A stretch of DNA of 64,000 nt from Longimicrobiales bacterium (GCA_965226375.1 CBDDCX010000007.1:608001-672000); one strand, 5' to 3'. Positions 1 to 14,492 are shown, counted from the first letter of the stretch. The notes: generated by a model from the letters alone, not told the origin. Made by a program: numbers and translations.

Positions 1-10
1 ACAGGTTCCG
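1..10 (+). mobile_element. Right-end tip of an IS3-family element (window edge)
   Basis: ACAGGTTCCG matches the IS3 right ends at 41773-41782, 58836-58845 and 61800-61809, and it truncates the adjacent gene. Confidence 0.55.
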
Positions 11-1103
11 GGGTGGGGGCGACCCAGTGCGCTACGGTCCCAACCCGATCCGAAGTCGCGGTCAGCACTAGGCTCACCTCTTCGCCCTCGCAGCGGGTCA
101 GATCCAGGCTACGCTGTACCCAATGTTCGCTGTCGGAGTAGGTTTCCTCCAGGAGCGTGACCGCGTCACGACCGGGCGGTTGCACCGCAATCGCGAAATC
201 CACCGGCGCATCGGCGCGAACAACCCCCAACCCGACGTCCAAACGTCCGCCATCGGGTACGCGCACGCGGTACTCCAAGCGTGCTGGCGCGTGCGTGTAC
301 AGCGCCCGTGTTTGAATGTCGCCACTGAACGTGTGGGCGACGCCGACATCCGCGTCAGCGTAGGCGGCCTCCTTAGGGATGAGACTGACCGAAAGAATGT
401 CAATGCTGGTTGGTACCCGTCCACGTTGCGATCCCGCATAGAACAGCAGGCCGAGCTGCTTCCACGGTTCATCCCAGTCTTGGCCTTCTCGAACTGGAAG
501 GAGGTACGTGTGTACCAATCCGTCCGTGATGAGGCTCGCTTCATCTCCGAAAAATCTGAACGGCCAGCCGCCTGCCGGTGCATATTCTGAGTCAGGAGTT
601 TGGGAGGGCTCAGACCGCTCGGTCAGGTTGAACACCAGGCCTACGGAAGAGATTCCTGGCTGAGCTCGAGCACGCACCGAGACGTAGGCCCAATCTTGAG
701 GTCTCAAGTCGGGCAGGTCGATGTAGATTTGCCCGTCATGTACAAGGCGCCCGGTCCGGGCCATGCGGTAGTTCGCTTCGGTGATGTCGACGCGCAATGC
801 ATCGTCGAGCCGTGTCACCCGCACCGGCGTCGATTCCGCATAACCAACCGGTTTCCACTCGGGCTGGGGCTCGTCGAAGCCCCACTCCAAGGCCTCGGGC
901 ACATCCGTGGGGATCTCGGAGCCTTCGATGGTCGCCGCGTCCAGATGATCTTCAAGATGGAGCGGGACGTCGGCCGTCAGGACCATGGAGCCGGATGGCG
1001 AGCCTGAGCAGCTTGCGAGGGCCAGGCTCAGCACGGTAGCCGGAAAGATGAGAGAGGCGACGCGACCAAGGACAGCGTTCAGACGAGCGACGGAATCGGA
1101 CAC
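11..1103 (-). pseudogene. Frameshifted lipoprotein, N-terminal region resembling sulfatase-associated proteins; truncated by IS end
   Basis: Manual translation: GTG 1103, VSDSVARLNAVLGRVASLIFPATVLSLALASC (lipobox), then VLTADVPLHLEDHLDAATIEGSEIP...FDEPQPEWK...RLEYRVRVPDGGRLDVGLG...GTVAHWVAPT, with at least 2 frame changes. Confidence 0.55.
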
Positions 1104-1336
1104 GGGCGAACTCCAGAATCAGACTGTGGTCAACATCCGAGAGCGGTCCGGTAGGCGCAAGCAGAGCCCCGTCAGACGCCTGTATTTGCGTTCTGAGCGT
1201 CTTCGGGGTTTATTCGGTATCCTGGGTAGGCCGGGACACTCTCGTGGCTTAGACGGGCATTATCGGGCTAGCGACCTGTGCCTATGAACCCTCTTGGTGT
1301 TGCACTTCAAACTTGATCCCAAGCAGATTGCCCGAC

Positions 1337-2101
1337 CTACCGAGTCGTGATCGCCGCCTCCAAGATCGGGATCAGAGAGATAGCCTCATCAAGATTGTCG
1401 GCGACCATGCGCTCCAGGAAGACGCCGTAATGCCGTTCGGCGTTCAACTCTTGAAGATTGGACCCAACTCGTAGGGACTGAAGGGCCTCCGCCACGAGTG
1501 CTGGCTCCACAGTCAGGACAAGGGTCTCTTCATCCTCCCGGGCAAGACCTCTGGGCGCCCCGACAGAAGTCGTGCGAAACGCTCCGAGCAGCTGAGGTGA
1601 AACGGTTCGATATATGAGGGCCGGGTAATCGGTGGTTCTGGTTGCCGCCCTGTTCCTGCGGTGTCCGGCGTTCGTATGGTAACTGAGCACGGCCTGCCGG
1701 ACAGTTGAACTCTTAATAAGGTTGAGGCCGCCGATCGAGATTAGTTCGTCAAAGGCCGCGGAGTTCAAGGGAAGTTGGCTCCAGCCGTACCCTTGGCTGC
1801 CCTCCAACGCGATCTGGAAGCTCAGCGTGTCGCCCGGCGCCAAGCCGTCCCTAAGGGCTGCGCCCACAAGCTGGAGTGCCTCTCGCTTCTCGTGCATCCC
1901 GGTCAGTTGAAACGAGAATGAGGCGGTGTCCTGACGAAGATCCTCGAGGAGTCGCTCAAGAAAGTCCTGCTCGGCGACGCGATCCTGACGTTCTTCCGCC
2001 CAACCGTTCACCCAAAGGGCCACCAGCACTCCGAGCACGATAACGACAAACTCGCCCAACACTCGCATCCAACTCAAAGTTGGCCTAGACGCGGTAGCCA
2101 T
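1337..2101 (-). CDS. Membrane-anchored hypothetical protein (DUF6090-like), cassette gene
   Basis: 254 aa; GEFVVIVLGVLVALWVNGWAEERQDR N-terminal TM motif; RBS GGAG. Confidence 0.7.
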   Translation of the reverse strand: MATASRPTLSWMRVLGEFVVIVLGVLVALWVNGWAEERQDRVAEQDFLERLLEDLRQDTASFSFQLTGMHEKREALQLVGAALRDGLAPGDTLSFQIALEGSQGYGWSQLPLNSAAFDELISIGGLNLIKSSTVRQAVLSYHTNAGHRRNRAATRTTDYPALIYRTVSPQLLGAFRTTSVGAPRGLAREDEETLVLTVEPALVAEALQSLRVGSNLQELNAERHYGVFLERMVADNLDEAISLIPILEAAITTR

Positions 2102-2129
2102 ACTCCCTTCCGTTCGAGTAGCAGAATCT

Positions 2130-2226
2130 ACCTAACGGATCGCGATTCTTGTGCGCTGCTAAGATGCGATCCGCAAGCTGCCCAGTCCAACATGCGCTCA
2201 AGCTATGGGTGATGCTGAGGTTGGGC
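2130..2226 (-). other. Degenerate integron attC site
   Basis: On the minus strand GCCCAAC (RYYYAAC) ... GTTAGGT (GTTRRRY), 97 bp, partial internal stem CTTGAGCGC/GCGCACAAG, between two co-oriented small genes. Confidence 0.5.
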
Positions 2227-2278
2227 GATGGCTGGATGGGACTGATGCGAGGCCGCTAGCTTTTCAGTTTGACGACGA

Positions 2279-2674
2279 TCACCACGCCTTCCACGACGAC
2301 ACGAGTACCCTGAGGCGGACGCCCAAGGCCACGAGGCAATACACCCCGACCACACCGACGTAGAGCGGTTCCAGCCAATCGTGCGCCACGCCGAATCGAT
2401 GCGAGAGCTGATGCACTGCGACGTTGATCGCCATCAGAGCAGTAAGTGCGACAAGCACCTGGACTGTACGTGCAGGCGTCCGTCGAAGTGCAAGGAGTGA
2501 AGCCACCGTGCCAGTCGCGACCAGCACGAATCCCGGAAGGTCCGGCTGTTGCACGGCGGCGGAAATCGGGATCGAAGCAAGTACGCCGGCAGCACTTGCC
2601 GCGAACCCTACCTCAAGAATTCGCAGGGACTTGACCTCTTAGGCGACGTTCAAGCGGGTGACAGGGTCGGACAT
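2279..2674 (-). pseudogene. Small multi-TM membrane protein with in-frame stop after codon 11
   Basis: MSDPVTRLNVA*EVKSLRILEVGFAASAAGVLASIPISAAVQQPDLPGFVLV... in one frame; several hydrophobic segments. Confidence 0.55.
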
Positions 2675-2709
2675 CAGGTCTCTTGACTTCGTCACGGGCT
2701 CCCAGGGCC

Positions 2710-2809
2710 ATCTAACGATTCTGCATTTTTGCTGCGGGCTAGGATGCCCACAGCACACGCAGTGTGCGCCCCAGATGTTGATCCCGCCAGCAGCAAATGC
2801 TTGTTAGGT
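2710..2809 (-). other. Integron attC site
   Basis: Minus strand ACCTAAC-AAGCATTTGCTGCTGGCGGG...CCCGCAGCAAAAATGC-AGAATC-GTTAGAT: R''/R' boxes, imperfect stem with an extrahelical base, 100 bp, just after a stop codon. Confidence 0.8.
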
Positions 2810-2827
2810 AGCCCTGGCTCGACCTGC

Positions 2828-3349
2828 TCAGTCCTTGGCCGAAGTCCTGCCCTTCCATTTCTCGGCGAGTCGAACCCAGCGGACGGCCATCGGACCCGAG
2901 TACGACATTTGGCCCTCCGGGTATATCTCGGCCAGTTCCTTGGGGTCGTGTTCGGAGGCCCACGAAATCAGCGGTGCCATGGCATCAGACAAGGAGACTT
3001 CGCCCCATGACGTTTCATGGAGTTGATGGGAGATAAGGCCATTCGAGGAGATGGTGAAGACGGACCGAAAACCAAGGGTGCCGATTCCAATTAGGTCGAG
3101 AAAGTCGTTTCCTTCGGAGCCCTGGATTGTGACCATGCGTGGAGATTCGTCAACGACTTGCCAGTCCAGCCTGCCGTTCGCGCCCGCGTCCCACTCCAGT
3201 GCGGTCGCTGCCTGACTTTTCGACATCGTGAACCCGGCCCCCGCGAACTCCATTTCGAATTCTGGCGCAAGGCAGGCCAGGGCATTGAGAGTAGCGTGAT
3301 CGACCAGGTGATCGAGGTACAGACGAACGACGGCCAACGCGCGATCCAT
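2828..3349 (-). CDS. Hypothetical protein (possible SnoaL/NTF2-like fold), cassette gene
   Basis: 173 aa ORF with RBS GGAGG; bounded by GTTGGGT and an attC. Confidence 0.65.
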   Translation of the reverse strand: MDRALAVVRLYLDHLVDHATLNALACLAPEFEMEFAGAGFTMSKSQAATALEWDAGANGRLDWQVVDESPRMVTIQGSEGNDFLDLIGIGTLGFRSVFTISSNGLISHQLHETSWGEVSLSDAMAPLISWASEHDPKELAEIYPEGQMSYSGPMAVRWVRLAEKWKGRTSAKD

Positions 3350-3375
3350 CTTTTACCTCCCGACTTTGCTGGGCT

Positions 3376-3382
3376 ACCCAAC
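3376..3382 (-). other. attC/attI crossover (R') box of the first cassette
   Basis: GTTGGGTAGCCCAG is complementary (12/14) to the R'' side of this cassette's own attC at 2803-2816. Confidence 0.65.
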
Positions 3383-3458
3383 ACAACTTGAAAGCACGCC
3401 CCCTGTGGGTACCGTGGAGTTGCGAAACGACCATGGACCACAGCAGAGGGCGGCTCTC

Positions 3459-3924
3459 ATGAAGCGGAACACCAAGTATGTGGGACTCGACGTGCACCAG
3501 GCAATGACGGTGGCGACGGTTCGGAGCCAAGGGGGACGAGTGATCGCGCGCAGCGTGATCGAGACGGGGGACGCATCGATCACGGAGTTCTTCAGTGCGA
3601 TGCGCGGGTCGGTGCATGTGGTGTTCGAGGAGAGAACCCAGGCGCAGTGGCTCTACGACCTACTGAGTCCTCGTGTGGATCGGGTGGTCGTGTGCGATCG
3701 CAGAGGCGAAAAGCGTTCGGGCAACAAGGGCGACCAGGTCGATGCCGACGAGCTGTCGGAGCGGTTGCGGTGTGGCGGGCTGCGAGCGGTATACCACGGC
3801 GCACACGGCCGATCTGATCTCAAGGAGCTGACTCGAGGCTATCGCAACCTCGTCGAGGACGGGACGCGCGTGATGCTGCGACTCAAGGCACTCTTCCGTG
3901 CGCGAGCCATCCGAACCACGGGCG
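3459..3924 (+). pseudogene. IS110-family transposase, N-terminal DEDD fragment
   Basis: YVGLDVHQ...VVFEE...KGDQVDADELS; homology ends at a junction with the hsdR 3' end. Confidence 0.85.
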
Positions 3925-7121
<3,197 letters not shown>

Positions 7122-7387
7122 CCAGGCTCAGAGGTCCCCGCGGAAGGCGCGGGATTGCAGGGAGGCGAAGAGGGTGTCGAGTTCGGCCAGGTGCGCGCGC
7201 TTCGGTGGCTTCAGAGCCTTCTCGACCTTGTAGACACGCTTGAGCAGGCACTCCAGCGCGTAGCGGTGCATGGAAGCAGGACGCCCGTGGGTCGCCGAAG
7301 ACATGCCGCTCCGACGAAACTTGCACTCTCCGCCGCGTGTGGGAACTCCTGTTTCAGGGCGAAGTTCTCGGAGACTTCCATAGCGGC

Positions 7388-8545
7388 TCAGAGGTCCCCG
7401 CGGAAAGCGCGGGATTGCAGGGAGGCAAACAGGGTGTCGAGTTCGGCCAGGTGAACGCGCTGGATAGCCCTTTGTTGCTCGACGGATTCGACGATGGCAG
7501 CGAAGTGAAGTTGAAGATCCGCGGGTGGAACCGGAAACACGACGGAGGAAAGGAGCCGCTGATTCACCTTGTGGGTACCGCTGGTCGTTCGTGCACCACG
7601 CTCGATCTGCCTGCGAACCCGACGGGTACGCCATACATTCTGAAGATAGGCAGCCGCTAGGACGCTTGGACTTATCTCTACGCCTATCATCGTGTCGGGG
7701 AAACAGACACGATTCGATGAGCGGTCTGGGTATGCCCCAGTACCGACCAGTCGCCTGTTTCCGTTTCCACGACAGATAAGTGTGTCGGTGCTCAGCCTCT
7801 GTGAAGGAGACGGCGCTTTGTCGAAGCGCGCGCTCTTCTTTGCAGCGAAGTTGAATCGACCGCGAGTGATTGCAGACAGAGTGAGGACCTCGCCGTCGAC
7901 GGTCCCTTGGGTTGAGGGCGAGAGACCGTTGCGGAAACTATCCTGAGCCAGCTCTCCAAGACTTCGTTCCTCCCATCCCATCGGATTGGTGACGGGGTCG
8001 CCGAACATGTCGAGGAAGGTGGATTGGAGGAGGGTGTCGAGGTGGGCGAGGGCCTCGCGGCGCTTGGCCCGCAAGGCGTCCGCCGCATCCAGAATCCCCG
8101 CAATCCGCTTCTGCTCGGCGAAGGGTGGGAGGGGGATTTGGAGCGAGGCAATGTCGCTTTTCGAGACTTGAAGAAATGTCGCTCCTCGTCCCTGGGCGCG
8201 TAACACGGGGGCGACATGATCAAGCCAATGCCCGAGGTAGGCTTGGCTCAAGTCGGCGTCTTTGGCTCTTAGCCCAGCCACTCCGCGCCCAAGACAGTAC
8301 TCTTTGTCTGACCAATTTCGGTCACCTATCGTCGCGCGGATGCACAGGATGAGGTCACCGGGCCGTGACAGCTTCGTTGGGGCATCCGTGTATTTCTTTG
8401 GCGCAGGAGTTAGTTCACCGAAGTCCCCGGCTCCAGCAATCAATGGATAACCACTTCTCGTAGTGTTGTAGCTATCACCCTTCGGCGCTTGCCCCATTGA
8501 TATGTCGCACACAGCGGAGAGGTTTTTCGTGAGGAATACACTCAT
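7388..8545 (-). CDS. hsdS: Type I RM specificity subunit
   Basis: 385 aa; two TRDs, IPLPPFAEQKRIAGILDAADALR conserved helix, FLDMFGDPVTNPMGW. Confidence 0.93.
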   Translation of the reverse strand: MSVFLTKNLSAVCDISMGQAPKGDSYNTTRSGYPLIAGAGDFGELTPAPKKYTDAPTKLSRPGDLILCIRATIGDRNWSDKEYCLGRGVAGLRAKDADLSQAYLGHWLDHVAPVLRAQGRGATFLQVSKSDIASLQIPLPPFAEQKRIAGILDAADALRAKRREALAHLDTLLQSTFLDMFGDPVTNPMGWEERSLGELAQDSFRNGLSPSTQGTVDGEVLTLSAITRGRFNFAAKKSARFDKAPSPSQRLSTDTLICRGNGNRRLVGTGAYPDRSSNRVCFPDTMIGVEISPSVLAAAYLQNVWRTRRVRRQIERGARTTSGTHKVNQRLLSSVVFPVPPADLQLHFAAIVESVEQQRAIQRVHLAELDTLFASLQSRAFRGDL

Positions 8546-10029
8546 CCCAACATCCCCTCCAACTCCACCCGCCCCTCCGCGATCTCCGCCTCCAGCTTCC
8601 CCAGCCGCCTCAGGATCGCTGCCGGTGGGTCGTACTCCACCGCCTCGTACTCCACCTCCTTGTAGCGGTTGATGGACAGGTCGTAGTCGTTGCCCGCGAT
8701 CTCGGCCTTGGGCACGAGGAAACTCTGGTCCGTCCGTGCCCGCTTGCGCTCCGCCTCGCGGTTCTGCCAGCGGGCGAGAATGTCGGCAAGATCGCTCTTC
8801 TCCGGCTGCGGTGTGCGCTTGTCATCCAGCGAGTAGCCGTCCGCCTGCATGTCGTAGAACCAGACGTGGTCCGTACCGCCGGAGTTGGTCTTGGTGAAGA
8901 GCAGGATGGCGGTGGAGACCCCGGCGTAGGGTTTGAAGACGCCAGAGGGCATGGAGACGATGGCGTCCAGCTTCTGCTCCTCGACCAAGATCGTGCGCAG
9001 GGTCCTGTGCGCCTTGCTCGATCCGAAGAGCACGCCGTCGGGCACGATGACCGCGGCGCGTCCTCCTGTCTGGAGAAGGCGGAGGAAGAGGGCGAGGAAC
9101 AGCAACTCGGTCTTCTTCGTCTTGACGATCTGCTGCAGATCCTTGGCGATGGACTCGTAGTCGAGGCTTCCCGCAAACGGCGGATTGGCGAGGACCAGCG
9201 AGTACTTCTCCGCGTCATCGTCGTCGGCCTGGGCCAGCGAGTCTTTGTAGCGGATGTCTGGGTTCTCCACGCCGTGCAGCAGCATGTTCATGCTGCCGAT
9301 CCGCAGCATGGTGTTGTCGAAGTCGTAGCCGTGGAACGTGCCCTCGTTGAAGTGGCGCCGCGCCGCGGCGTCCTTGTAGATAGTGTCGCTGTGGTGTTCC
9401 ACCAGGTGCTCAAACGCGGCAACGAGGAAGCCCGCCGTGCCGCAGGCCGGGTCGCAGATCACGTCCTTGGGCGTGGGGGCGGTCATGTCCACCATCAGAC
9501 GGATGATGTGGCGCGGCGTGCGGAACTGGCCGTTCTGTCCGGCGGTGGCAATCTTGCTGAGCATGTACTCGTAGAGGTCGCCCTTGGTGTCGCTGTCGGC
9601 CATGTCGATGCCGTCGAGTTGGTCGACCACGTTGGCCAGCACACGGGCCGTGGGCATCATGAAGAGGGCATCCTTCATGTGGTGGCTGTATGTCGAGCCC
9701 CCCTCGCCGCCGTCGGCCCCGCCCTTCTGCCCGAGCGACTTGATAAAGGGGAACACCCCGTCTCGCATCGTCTCGAACAGCTGCTCGGGAGCGGCGTTCT
9801 TGAAACGCGACCAACGCAGCCTGTCCTGATCGACGCCGAAGACCGGCTCCTCGATGGGTGTGCCGGTGTGCGCGGCCTTGCGCTCCTTGAGGGTATGTAG
9901 TTCGTCGAGCCGCTTGATGAAGAGCAGGTAGGTGAGCTGCTCGATGACCGAGAGCGGATTCGAGATGCCGCCAGACCACATCGTATTCCAGATGCTGTCG
10001 ATTTTAGATTTGAGTGCGCCTGTAATCAT
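8542..10029 (-). CDS. hsdM: Type I RM N6-adenine methyltransferase
   Basis: 495 aa; GQFRTP, DPACGTAGFL, NPPF motifs; 4-bp overlap with hsdS. Confidence 0.96.
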   Translation of the reverse strand: MITGALKSKIDSIWNTMWSGGISNPLSVIEQLTYLLFIKRLDELHTLKERKAAHTGTPIEEPVFGVDQDRLRWSRFKNAAPEQLFETMRDGVFPFIKSLGQKGGADGGEGGSTYSHHMKDALFMMPTARVLANVVDQLDGIDMADSDTKGDLYEYMLSKIATAGQNGQFRTPRHIIRLMVDMTAPTPKDVICDPACGTAGFLVAAFEHLVEHHSDTIYKDAAARRHFNEGTFHGYDFDNTMLRIGSMNMLLHGVENPDIRYKDSLAQADDDDAEKYSLVLANPPFAGSLDYESIAKDLQQIVKTKKTELLFLALFLRLLQTGGRAAVIVPDGVLFGSSKAHRTLRTILVEEQKLDAIVSMPSGVFKPYAGVSTAILLFTKTNSGGTDHVWFYDMQADGYSLDDKRTPQPEKSDLADILARWQNREAERKRARTDQSFLVPKAEIAGNDYDLSINRYKEVEYEAVEYDPPAAILRRLGKLEAEIAEGRVELEGMLG

Positions 10030-10508
10030 GAAAATCCCCTACTGTCTCGGTCTGGCCGAGCGTCGAATGCCATAGAACACCTCGATGATGAACCCGGCGA
10101 GGCCCTGCCATGTTCCTGGCACGGGAAGGTCCGGTCCATGACGTTGCGGATGCACTTTTCTTGGCCCGTTCAGTATGGGAAGCCGGTATACGTGATGTAC
10201 ATCGGGCAGAAGATCACGCGGAGGTAGGGATCGATCGTCCCGTGAGCCCGGTAGCCGACTTCCGTAACCTGCGAATCCGGTCGGCCATTACCAGCGCCCC
10301 CGATGACCGGCTAAGCTTCTCATCGGGGCTCGGCAGCATTCCCTCGGGGAGTCTTGGTCTCTGGTTCTTGCGTCGCTCCGGCCAGGTAGGCGCCCAGCCT
10401 TCCGTCGGGTGTGACCGATCCCTGCCGCAGCCGCCCGTTCGTTTTGTATATCCGAAGTGATCCACAGCGTATCGGTGACCGGCTAACCGCCAGCGTAGCA
10501 ACTGGTTA

Positions 10509-10628
10509 CTGAATCATTCGCCAGTTCAACCAGGACTGCGCGATCTGCTGCACTTGCCGTCCTACCATACCTGATGCTGCCGTGCTTAAAGGGCGGGGAA
10601 ACGGCATCAAATGGCGGGTATGACTCAG
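10509..10628. mobile_element. MITE-like 120-bp element
   Basis: Imperfect terminal IRs CTGAATCATTCGCCA and CTGAGTCATACCCGCCA (rc); lies exactly where the adhesin reading frame begins mid-domain. Confidence 0.45.
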
Positions 10629-13600
10629 CGCCGGCGACGACACCGACACGCTCCAGGACGTCGCCGGCAACGACGTCGCCTCCTTCACCACCGGCCAGTC
10701 GGGCGTCCCGGCGGTCACCAACAACTCCACCAACAACGCGGCGACGGGCGAGCCGGCGATTACCGGCACGGCGCAGGCCGGGCAGGAGCTGACCGCCGAC
10801 GCGAGCCCCATCATGGACATCGACGGGCTGACCGGCGTCAGATTTCACCTACAAGTGGTTCCGGGTGGACTCCGACGGCACCTCCAACGAGGCGGAGATT
10901 TCGGGCGAGACCGCCGCCACCTACACCCTGACGAACGACGACGTGGGCAAGAAGGATCAAGGTGCAGGTGAGCTTCACCGACGAGCTGAGCGGCGAGGAA
11001 ATGCGCACCAGCGCGGCGTATCCCTCGTCCGGCACGGTCACCGCCTCCACCAGCACCACCGCGCCCGCGCTGACCAGCGTCACGGTGACCTCGACGCCGC
11101 GCAAGACGACGGACACCTACGGCGCGCGCGAGCACATCGAGTTCTCGATGACCTTCGACGCGCCGGTCACGGTGACCGGCGATCCGACCTTCGCCTTCGA
11201 CCTCGGCGGCGCGACGACGGCGACCTACTACGCGGGCTCGGGCACCGCTACGCTGCGGTTCTCCCACGCCGTGAGTGGCGGGTCAAGCGGCGACGAGGAC
11301 ACGAACGGGATTTCCTGGGCCGAGAACGCGATCGCGCTCAACGGCGGCACCATCGCGGGGACAGACAACGCGGCGGCGGTGGTCCTGACCCACGTCGCCC
11401 AGTCGAACCTGGCGGGGCACAAGGTCGACGGCCGGACGACGGCCGTTACGGCCGCCACGGTCACCGTGGCGGTGACCTCGACGCCGACGTCGCTGGCGGA
11501 CACCTACGGTTTCGGCGAGACGATCGTGATCACGGTCACCGCCAGCGAGGCGGTGGAGGTGGAGGGCGATCCGGAGTTCGAGTTCTCGCTGACCGATATG
11601 GGCGGTGCCGCCAATGACGTGCCGGCCACCTACGATCGCACGCGCAGCACCGCGACGACGATCGTATTCACCTACACGGTGCAGGCGGGCGACCGGGACA
11701 ACAACGGCATCTGGATCGGCGACCACAGCCGAACCTTCATGCTGGACGCGAACGACCGCATCCGCACCGCCTCGCAGCAGATCGACATCGACCGCACCCA
11801 TCCCGAGAAGAGCACGCACGCCGACCACAAGGTGAACGGATCCCTGGGGGCGCCGACCGTACCGCCGGATCCCACGGCGCCGACCCTGGTGTCGGCCACC
11901 GCCACGACGCTCACCATCGAGTGGACGCACCCGGGTGACGGCGGCTCGCCGCTCACTCGCAACTTCATAGAGTACCGGGTGGAGGGCACGACCGACTGGA
12001 CGAACTGGTACCGGGGCGAAACGCCAACGCCGGTGACGTGCACGGTCATCAGGAATCTGCAGGCGGAGACGGCGTACGACGTACGGGTCCATTCCACCAA
12101 TGCGATTGGAAACAGCCAGTGGACCCAGTCGGCGACGGCATTCAGCACGCTGGCCGGCACCGCGGCGACGGGCGCGCCCGCGATTACCGGCACGGCGGCG
12201 GTCGGGCAGCCGCTGGCCGTTGACCTCACGGGCATCGAGGACGCGGACGGCCTGACCAATGTCAGCTACAGCTACCAGTGGGTGCGGGTGGATGCGGACG
12301 GCCTGTCCAACGAGGTGGACATCACCGACGCGACCGACGCGACCTACACCCTGGCCGACGCCGACCTGGGCACGACCCTCAAGGTGCGGGTGACCTTCGA
12401 CGACGACGCCGGCAATACCGAGACGCTGACCAGCGCGGCGACGGCGACGGTGACCACTGCGGCCGGTGTCCCTGGTTCGCCGACAATCGTGTCCGCAACG
12501 GTAGGGGTCGGGCAGGTCGTGCTGGTATGGGGGCGTCCAGACGGTCGTGCAGAATGGTCCCACTACGAATACCGCTCTTCGGCGGGGGACATGATTGCGC
12601 CGGACGCGATGTGGCAACAAGTCTCGCGCAGCCCCGGTACGCCAAATCAGGCGTATTACCAGGTGGTCAAGGGTCTGACGAGCGGCACGACCCATACCCT
12701 CCAGGTTCGTGCGGTAAACGCTCAAGGCGGAGGCGCGCCGGCGACCGTGACCGCGACACCACTATCACAGCCGTCCTGCACCATCGACGCGTTAGGCGAC
12801 CAGCGCCGGCTCTGGCAGGGCCAACTGGTAGCAGGGATACGCGAAATTCATACCGATGGAAAGGTACAGGCAGGGTATGGGCAGGAAGAGGGAACGATAG
12901 AGACTGGAACCCTGACACCTGATGCGTTCACCTTCCGTTCAACCACGTATTCCGTTATCACGTGGACATCCGGCGATCTTCTCACCGTTGTCCTAGTCGA
13001 CCCAGACTTCACTGTCTGGTACCCACGAGAAGAGGTGGTCGACGCATTGAGGTGGCATGTCTGCAACACGCCCTACGACTTCAGCAATGCGCAGACAACA
13101 ACGCCGGAAGACCTCTTTACATCTTTTACTGGCTATAGGTGGAACGTTGGCTCCATCTGGCCGCCCGGCATCGAGCGCACGCTGCGGCTGAGCCTGCCGC
13201 CGAACCATGCGGCGACGGGTGACCCGGTCATTTCCGGCACGGTCCAGGTGGGTGCAGAGCTGACGGCCTTGACGGACGGCATCATGGATGACGACGTCCT
13301 GGACGACGTGTTCACCTACCAGTGGGTGCGGGTGGACGCCGACGGCACGTCGAACGAGGAGGACATCACCGACGCGACCGACGCCACCTACACCCTGACC
13401 GCCGACGAGCGGGGCAAGAAGGTCAAGGTCGAGGTGCGCTTCACCGACATCCTGGGCGGCGAGGAGACACGCACCAGCGCGCCGACGGCGACGCTCGCGG
13501 GAGTGCCGAACACCGCTGCGACGGGCGCGCCGACCATCACGGGCACGGCGCAGGTGGGCCAGACGCTGACGGCGGTCACCACCGGCATCATGGATGCCGA

Positions 13601-14492
13601 CGGGCTGACCAGCCCCAATTACACGTACCAGTGGATCCGGGTGGACGGCACGGACGAGGCGGACATTGCGGGCGAGAATTCGAGCACCTACACCCTGGTC
13701 GACGCCGACCTGGGCACGACCCTCAAGGTGCGGGTGACCTTCGACGACGACCTCGGCCATACCGAGACGCTCACCAGCGCGGCGACGGCGACGGTGGGCG
13801 CGGTAGCGACCGGCCCCCCGACGGTGAACGATGTGGCGGTCACGTCAACGCCGGCCTCGGGCACCACCTACTACCTCGCGGGCGAGGTCATCGAATTCAC
13901 CGTGACGTTCAGCGCCCCGGTGACGGTGACCGCCACACCGAAGTTCGCGTTCAGGCTGGGCGCGGCGACGCGGCAGGCCGCTTACGCGAGCGGCTCGGGC
14001 AGCGCGGCGTTGGTGTTCGCCCGGACGGTGCAGGCAGGCGAGGTCGATCGCAACGGCATCTCGTGGAATGCGATCGCGCTCGCCCTCGACGGCGGGACCA
14101 TCACGCAGACGGGCGCGACGACGGCCGCGAGCCTGACCCACGCCGAGCAGGCGCCGCTGGAGGGGCACCGGGTGGACGCCGCCCCGCCGATGCAGGTCTC
14201 GGCGTCGGTGCATGGGATGTCGCTGGTGCTGGTCTACGACGAGCCGCTCGATCCGGCCTCGATGCCGGCGACGGGCGCGTATACGGTGACGGCGACGGTC
14301 GGAGCCACCACCACGAACCCGGCGGTGTCGGAGGTGTCGATATACGGCATCTGGGTGACGCTGACACTGGACGCGGCGCCGGCTGCGGGCGCGACGGTGA
14401 CGCTGGCGTACGCGCCGCCGGCGTCGAACCCGGTGCAGGACGAGGCGGGCAACGATGCGCCGGCGTTCAGCGGCCAGTCGGTGAGGCTGGGC

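Noticed and set aside
10310..10400. Minus-strand AYLAG stretch resembling the end of the P4 integrase
   Set aside because: Match is only about 20 bp and could be chance.
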